From NCBI GenBank assembly GCA_044356215.1, contig JBIKWQ010000060.1:1-21883 (forward strand): a stretch of 21,883 nucleotides of DNA, in the 5' to 3' direction. The notes beneath the pieces were generated by a model, which was not told the origin of the DNA, did not search any database, and was given only the letters and a program-made list of their open reading frames with translations. A program made the translations under genes and the position numbers. The stretch is from Bdellovibrionota bacterium. GTDB lineage: Bacteria > Bdellovibrionota_C > UBA2361 > OMII01. Below are positions 16,964 to 21,883 of this stretch, piece after piece. Numbering within the stretch: position 1 is the stretch's first letter; every line of letters begins with the position of its first letter.

Positions 16964-18148
16964 TTAGGAGTTCTTAACTTCAGGATCTATCTTAGCTGGC
17001 ACGCTTAGATCGCCTCGAGGAATTACCATCGCGCCGGGCCTAAGTTTAAACGTTCCTAAAGTTACAACTTCATCACCTACGTTAACGCCACTTAATACCC
17101 CGACGAAATCTCCGCGCCTTGAGCCTAACTGAACGATCTGTTGACGCGCCTCGCGTGGTGTTGGCTTGCCAGATGGAGCGGCTTCAGCTCCCTCTTGGGC
17201 TTTAACGATATAAACTGAGTTACCGTAAGGGGCGTAGCGAACACTGGTGACCGGCAAAACGATCACATCGCGCGCCTCACCTAGCTCAATAACTACTTCG
17301 CCAAACATTCCAGGGAGTAGCGCCTCATCGCTGTTTTCAATAGTCGCTTGAGCCTCCACAGCGCGGGTGATCTCGTTTATATTAGGGTTAACCGCTGTAA
17401 CTTTCCCCTGAAACACCCTGCCAGGAAACGCGTCGACAGTTATCTTCACCGACTCTTGAGAACCTCTAAGCGCTGGGGCGATCTGTTGCGGCACAGAGAA
17501 ATTAAAATGGATCGGATCAACTGAGTATAACGGAACAAGTGGAGTTCCCGCTGTCACATACTGACTTAAATTTACCGCGCGGATTCCAGCCCGGCCAGAA
17601 AACGGAGCCAAGATAGTCTTACGATCGATTACCCCCTTAATTGATCTTACCTCAGCCTCCGCCTGTTTAGCGCGCGCCTGCGCGTCCTCATAATTAGCCG
17701 CTGATACAGCGCTCTGGGTTCTTAAAGTTTGCGCGCGCGCTAAGTTCTGCTTAGCTAGATCTAAACGAGCCAGAGCTCCTTGAAGATTAGCCTCCTCTAC
17801 TGAGCGATCTAACTCTATTAAAGACTGCCCCTCTTGAACCCGATTACCCGACTCGAAACCGATTCGAACTACATTTCCCGATTCCTGAGTGCTTAGAGTA
17901 GCTCCTTTAACAGCGGCGAATGAGCCAACAGTTGTAAAAGTATCACGCCACTTCTCGCTAGTAGCCTTTACCGTAGTGACCGCCTCTGGAGGTGGGCCGT
18001 GTCGCTTCCCTTCAGCGATCGCGCGGGCGATCTGCACCCCCTTAATAACAGCGAGCACCAGGGTCAATACGAGCATAGCCCCAAGCGCTAACGCGACCTG
18101 GCCCCTATTTGTTTGGGAGATGTTTTTGATTGTAGTTTTGTTTAGCAT
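16964..18148 (-). CDS. RND efflux periplasmic adaptor (membrane fusion protein, MexH/MexV-like)
   Basis: N-terminal TM anchor, G.V..I.FESG..V..GQ.L..LD, I.APF.G..G, L.PGMF, G...GDEVVT.G. Confidence 0.95.
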   Translation of the reverse strand: MLNKTTIKNISQTNRGQVALALGAMLVLTLVLAVIKGVQIARAIAEGKRHGPPPEAVTTVKATSEKWRDTFTTVGSFAAVKGATLSTQESGNVVRIGFESGNRVQEGQSLIELDRSVEEANLQGALARLDLAKQNLARAQTLRTQSAVSAANYEDAQARAKQAEAEVRSIKGVIDRKTILAPFSGRAGIRAVNLSQYVTAGTPLVPLYSVDPIHFNFSVPQQIAPALRGSQESVKITVDAFPGRVFQGKVTAVNPNINEITRAVEAQATIENSDEALLPGMFGEVVIELGEARDVIVLPVTSVRYAPYGNSVYIVKAQEGAEAAPSGKPTPREARQQIVQLGSRRGDFVGVLSGVNVGDEVVTLGTFKLRPGAMVIPRGDLSVPAKIDPEVKNS

Positions 18149-18158
18149 AGATATATTT

Positions 18159-19313
18159 TCACAAAATCTCTTTTAGGCCCTCTTGCCAAGGCATAAATTT
18201 AATGGCTCCACGCGAGAACTGCCTCTTATCACGACTAAGCACGACCCCCGTAACTCCGCCATCAGCATCAATTAATCTCTCAAAGCCCCTTAGATCGACT
18301 GCTTCAATATTGTCGCTCGCTTTTATCTCAACAAAGATCGGAGCCTGCCCCGGCTTTTCAACAATCAAGTCCACCTCTAGCCCATCCTTGGTGCGGAGAT
18401 AAGAGAGTTTCGCCCGTTTTCTTCTATACTCATTCCTTCTCACCGCTTCGAGAATTATGAAATGCTCAAAGGCCCGCCCATAAAGCGAACTACCCGGGAT
18501 AAGTTTAGCTATTGAGAATCGATCAACAGCTCGCTTGATTCCTAGATCAAAGAGATAGAATTTGGGGCTTTGAAGTTGCTGTTTTCTGACTGATTTGTCA
18601 AAGCTCGGGAGTCTAAATCCTATTAAGGTCTCCTCCAAAATCTCAAAGTAAGTTCGGATAGTCGTGTCATCAGCGCGAACTTCGCGAGATAGCTTGGCGT
18701 AATTGATCGGCTCCCCGTTAAGCTGTCCTGTCAGATCTAAAAAAGTTCTAAAAGGTGTAACGTTACGAACAAGCTGCTCGGCGACAACCTCCTCCCTAAG
18801 ATATGTATCTACATAGGAAGATAAAAATAGCTCACGCTCCTCATCTGTTTTAAGCGCTACGGTCTTCGGCAATGCCCCCCATAGGAGGGTCTCATCCAAT
18901 GAGAACTCACTCCCCAGCTCGGTCCATGTGAACGGGAACAGATGATATACAAAAGCTCTTCCCGCAAGCAGATTGGCACCCCCTCGACGCAGCTTGCGGG
19001 CACTCGAGCCTGTTAACGCGAATTTAATCTTAGTACTCTCGATCAACTGATGCGCGATATCGAGCAATTTGGGAGCTCTCTGCACCTCGTCGATGACTAC
19101 CCACTCGGGCTCGCTTTGAAGTTCAGAGATCCGTTGCCTCAAGAGCTCGGGACGGCGATTAAACTCATACTCCTGATTGGGATCCAGAAGGTCCACCCAC
19201 AGAGCTGAAGTTTTGGAAAAAAGCTCCTTAAGTAGCCTTGTTTTGCCAGTTCCCCTCGAACCAAAGAGAAGAAAACTGTTTCCTGTCAGTATGTTAAGCT
19301 CTCTGGCGATCAT
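18159..19313 (-). CDS. AAA+ ATPase (AAA_14) with DUF4143 / C-terminal PD-(D/E)xK-like domain
   Basis: Walker A GSRGTGKT, Walker B VVIDEVQ, LTGSSARKL, NLLAGRA, PKFYLFD.G, FE..I, YLRT..G.EVDLIV..FVEIK. Confidence 0.93.
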   Translation of the reverse strand: MIARELNILTGNSFLLFGSRGTGKTRLLKELFSKTSALWVDLLDPNQEYEFNRRPELLRQRISELQSEPEWVVIDEVQRAPKLLDIAHQLIESTKIKFALTGSSARKLRRGGANLLAGRAFVYHLFPFTWTELGSEFSLDETLLWGALPKTVALKTDEERELFLSSYVDTYLREEVVAEQLVRNVTPFRTFLDLTGQLNGEPINYAKLSREVRADDTTIRTYFEILEETLIGFRLPSFDKSVRKQQLQSPKFYLFDLGIKRAVDRFSIAKLIPGSSLYGRAFEHFIILEAVRRNEYRRKRAKLSYLRTKDGLEVDLIVEKPGQAPIFVEIKASDNIEAVDLRGFERLIDADGGVTGVVLSRDKRQFSRGAIKFMPWQEGLKEIL

Positions 19314-19350
19314 GCCCCGAATTTATCGCACATATTCGGGGTGTGGTCAA
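19314..19350 (-). promoter_or_regulatory. Probable leaderless promoter overlapped by an inverted repeat
   Basis: The minus strand reads TTGACC-17 bp-GATAAATT-CGGGGC-ATG with no SD. The IR CCCCGAAT-N11-ATTCGGGG (19315-19341) straddles the -10. Confidence 0.55.
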
Positions 19351-19407
19351 TTTTATTATGAGGCGCCGCTTCCTCTCGCGCTGCCGCGCACTAAAACCTA
19401 AAAAGTC

Positions 19408-19458
19408 TGTTCGATAACTGAACATGCAGTTGTTTGATTTACCAACATATGCCACAAT
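19408..19458 (+). promoter_or_regulatory. Tandem operator palindromes and promoter of the TA operon
   Basis: TGTTC-GATAACT-GAACA (19408-19424) and TGTTT-GATTTAC-CAACA (19431-19447). The second overlaps TTGTTT-17 bp-CACAAT with a TGn extension; GGAGG RBS downstream. Confidence 0.6.
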
Positions 19459-19482
19459 ACTTTTACTAACTGGAGGTTAAAA

Positions 19483-20277
19483 ATGAAGCCGGACAGCGAC
19501 AATGAACTAAGCGAGATCATCCAAGAGCAGCGGACCAAGAGGTACTGGTCGCAGGATCAACTCGCTACAGAGCTTGGAGTATCTCGCTCAGCAATCTCTC
19601 AAATTGAAAACGGAGAGAGAGGGGTCTCCAGCGCCGAGCTAAAGAGGCTTAGTGAGGTCTTTGGCGTTACAGCCGACTTTCTCTTGGGGCTAGAGAGCGA
19701 GCCGGAGGTGATATTAGGCGATCCTCCCAAGAAAAAAAGCAATCACCTACCCGAGAGGATATCGGTCCCATACCATCGAATCGAAAAATTTAAGAATGTT
19801 CTTCTGTATCTATTAGAAAGATGTGGTGGCAAGCCGAACATCGGTGAAACAGTTCTTTACAAATTACTCTACTTCGCGGACTTTAATTTTTACGAGCTCT
19901 ATGAAGAGCATATGACAGGCGCCACGTACCGCAAACTCCAGTATGGCCCCGTACCTCGTGAGTTTGGTGAGATCGTTAAAGAGATGATACGTCGTAAAGA
20001 CCTGACTTCCGTTAAAGATAGCTTCTATGGATATCCTCAAACTCGCTATATCCCACTTAAAAAAGCCGACCTGAATCAACTAACCGCCGCCGAGAAGACC
20101 GTGCTAGACAGCGTGGTTGAAAGGCTCTCAGATAAAAGCGCTAAGTGGCTTAGTGATTATTCACACGAGGATATCCCCTGGAAAGCGACCGCTGAAAAGG
20201 ATGTGATTGATTACGAATTAGTTTTCTATCGCACACCGGCGTACTCGGTGAGAGATGATAACAGCGACGAGCAATAA
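19483..20277 (+). CDS. Xre-HTH plus Panacea (DUF4065/SocA-like) antitoxin
   Basis: SQDQLATELGVSRSAISQIENGER HTH; LYKLLYFAD, TGATY.KL.YGPVP and LSDYSHEDIPW DUF4065 motifs. Confidence 0.92.
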   Translation: MKPDSDNELSEIIQEQRTKRYWSQDQLATELGVSRSAISQIENGERGVSSAELKRLSEVFGVTADFLLGLESEPEVILGDPPKKKSNHLPERISVPYHRIEKFKNVLLYLLERCGGKPNIGETVLYKLLYFADFNFYELYEEHMTGATYRKLQYGPVPREFGEIVKEMIRRKDLTSVKDSFYGYPQTRYIPLKKADLNQLTAAEKTVLDSVVERLSDKSAKWLSDYSHEDIPWKATAEKDVIDYELVFYRTPAYSVRDDNSDEQ

Positions 20278-20297
20278 CCAGGGAGCATTTATCTGCC

Positions 20298-20642
20298 ATG
20301 GAGTTCGACGAACTGCCAGAGTTCCAGCGAGATCTGAAGCAACTCTTAAAAAAATACCGCACCTTGAAAGACGACCTTGAAGTATTAAAAAAGGTCTTAG
20401 CCGTGGCTTCACACCCCCAACCACCCCTGTCATATAGAATCCCTGGCTTTGGATTTGAATCTCCAATTATCGTAAAAATAAAAAAATTCGCGAGTCGGTC
20501 CCTTAAAGGCAAGGGCTCCAACACAGGCTTTCGTATAATTTACGCCTATCACCAACGAGAACAGCGGATTCAGTTTGTACAGATGTATTTCAAAGCTGAT
20601 AACGCTAATGAAGAGAGGGAGCGTATTCTGCGGTATTTTTGA
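20298..20642 (+). CDS. RelE/ParE-superfamily (HigB-like) toxin
   Basis: Basic 114-aa protein; F..LPEF.RDLK.L.KKY..L..DL, KIK, KG.N.GFRIIYAY, YFK.D; lies 20 bp after the antitoxin. Confidence 0.78.
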   Translation: MEFDELPEFQRDLKQLLKKYRTLKDDLEVLKKVLAVASHPQPPLSYRIPGFGFESPIIVKIKKFASRSLKGKGSNTGFRIIYAYHQREQRIQFVQMYFKADNANEERERILRYF

Positions 20643-20645
20643 GGC

Positions 20646-20688
20646 AACGAGGCGAAAATCTCTGTCTCGTTATTTCTTCTTATTCTTT
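20646..20688 (+). terminator. Candidate intrinsic terminator after the toxin gene
   Basis: AACGAGGCG...TGTCTCGTT stem (two G-U pairs) followed by ATTTCTTCTTATTCTTT. Confidence 0.4.
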
Positions 20689-20741
20689 GCGGCCCACCGA
20701 GCTTTGTGATGAAATACAGCCACCCGCTAACCTACTCGCTT

Positions 20742-21800
20742 ATGTCCCTAAACTGGCTCTTTCTTGATTTAAACTCCTACTTCGCCTCGGTTGAGCAAGC
20801 CGAGCGGCCAGAGCTACAGGGACGGCCAGTCGCTGTTGTGCCGATGCTCGCCGACACAACTTGCTGCCTCGCCGCTAGCTACCCGGCGAAACACCGCGGA
20901 GTAAAAACAGGCACGACGATCCGCGACGCTAAAAGGCTCTGTCCAGGTATAGTTTTTATTGAGGCCGACCACAGAAAATACATCCGCTATCACAAACGAA
21001 TTCTTGAGGCGGTCGATCAACACCTACCGATAAAAAAAGTTCTCTCAATCGATGAGATGGCTTGCGAGCTAATAGGAAGTGAGCGACTTGAAGAGAACGC
21101 GCGCGCTAAGGCTGCCGCGATAAAAGCCGAGATAACTCAAGGAATAAGCCCAGCGCTTACCTGCTCGGTCGGGATAGCTCCCAATCGCTACCTAGCAAAA
21201 GTCGCCAGTGATATGCAAAAACCTGACGGCCTCACGGTTATACATCAACACGAGATAATTGAGCGCCTATCAAAATTAGAGCCGCGAGATTTTCCAGGTG
21301 TTGGCCCCCGCATGGAGGAACGCTTTCACGCCAAGAGGTGTTACACAGCGAGGCAGATGTTTCAGATCCCCATCTCTGAGATGACTGAGATCTGGGGTGG
21401 AATTAACGGCGAGAGGTTTTTTTATTTAATCAGGGGACAGAACCTCCCAGAGATCGACACCAAACGATCATCAATTAGCCACTCAAAGGTTTTACCACCA
21501 GACGCCAGATCCCTTGAAGCCGCGTGGCCGGTCGCCGTGCGGCTATTAACCAAAGCGTGCACGCGTCTACGTGACGAGGGATTTTACTCAAAAGAGGTGT
21601 GGTTATCATTAAAGTTTCAGCACCGAGATCCATCTGAACGCACATGGCACGCCAAGGCTAAGTATTTTGAGACCCAAGATAGCCTCACTATTATAGATGA
21701 GTTAACCAAGCTGTGGGCCACAGCCCCGCGGCGAGCGGTGTTAAGAGTAGGGGTAGCTTTAGCTGACTATTACCCACATTTTCCAACCATAGATTCATAG
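20742..21800 (+). pseudogene. dinB: Y-family DNA polymerase (DinB/Pol IV-like), C-terminally interrupted by an IS at 21762/21763
   Basis: FLDLNSYFASVEQ, AASYPAK..GV..G, SIDE, LAKVASDMQKPDGL, PGVG. Native sequence ends at VLRVGVAL and the ADYYPHFPTIDS* tail is read from the IS end. ATG 20742 is preferred as start. Confidence 0.88.
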
Positions 21801-21883
21801 AGTTCAGTCATAGAGGCTAGTCGTTGCCAGCCGCGCCACAAAGCGGTGCAACCGGGAGGTGGATCGAGTCTCCTTGAGAGATG
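21763..21883 (-). mobile_element. Right end of an IS4-family (IS50/Tn5 group) insertion sequence, partial
   Basis: Terminal IR CTGACTATTACCCACATTT (21763-21781) matches the Tn5 outside end CTGACTCTTATACACAAGT at 14 of 19 positions; the transposase stop codon lies inside the IR. Confidence 0.9.
21770..21883 (-). CDS. IS4-family (Tn5-like) transposase, last 37 aa
   Basis: Manual translation HLSRRLDPPPGCTALWRGWQRLASMTELYESMVGKCG* carries the R..D.PPG...LWRG..RL motif of the Tn5 transposase C-terminal dimerisation domain. Confidence 0.9.
   Translation of the reverse strand, partial: HLSRRLDPPPGCTALWRGWQRLASMTELYESMVGKCG

Noticed and set aside
20643..20741. SOS box upstream of dinB
   Set aside because: No CTGT-N8-ACAG, GAAC-N4-GTTC or GTTC-N7-GTTC match was seen; a lineage-specific box cannot be excluded.
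2823..21023. Remaining short ORFs overlapping the assigned genes (e.g. 5204-5434, 7732-8043, 13992-14249, 20150-20524, 20814-21023)
   Set aside because: Antisense or out-of-frame shadows of well-supported genes.
1..21883. Composite transposon formed by one DUF4338-IS4 element at both ends
   Set aside because: No counterpart of the CTGACTATTACCCACA repeat was found upstream of the DUF4338 gene.

Overview
Bacterial window (roughly 48% GC by eye) bounded at both edges by partial insertion-sequence-like elements, so it may be a whole contig broken at IS repeats. Left edge: 5' part of a DUF4338 (DruA-domain) gene that the ORF track misses, possibly inside an ISAs1-like element. Next come two alpha/beta hydrolases, a 256-bp palindromic MITE-like element carrying a nested REP doublet, and an unknown 342-aa protein with 13-aa Trp-Gly repeats. 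The core-looking middle holds feoA-feoB plus an unannotated 48-aa Cys-rich membrane peptide, a DUF47-pit phosphate uptake pair, nadE-nadD, a Yip1 protein and a tripartite RND efflux operon. The right end is an accessory islet: an AAA_14/DUF4143 ATPase, an Xre-HTH/Panacea (DUF4065) antitoxin with a RelE-like toxin, and a DinB polymerase whose C-terminus is cut by an IS50/Tn5-like IS4 element. No rRNA, tRNA or CRISPR array was seen. All family calls come from motif recognition by eye, not database searches. No wholly new system can be established from the sequence alone. The best leads are the structured element plus Trp-repeat gene (2465-3799) and the ATPase/TA/DinB islet.
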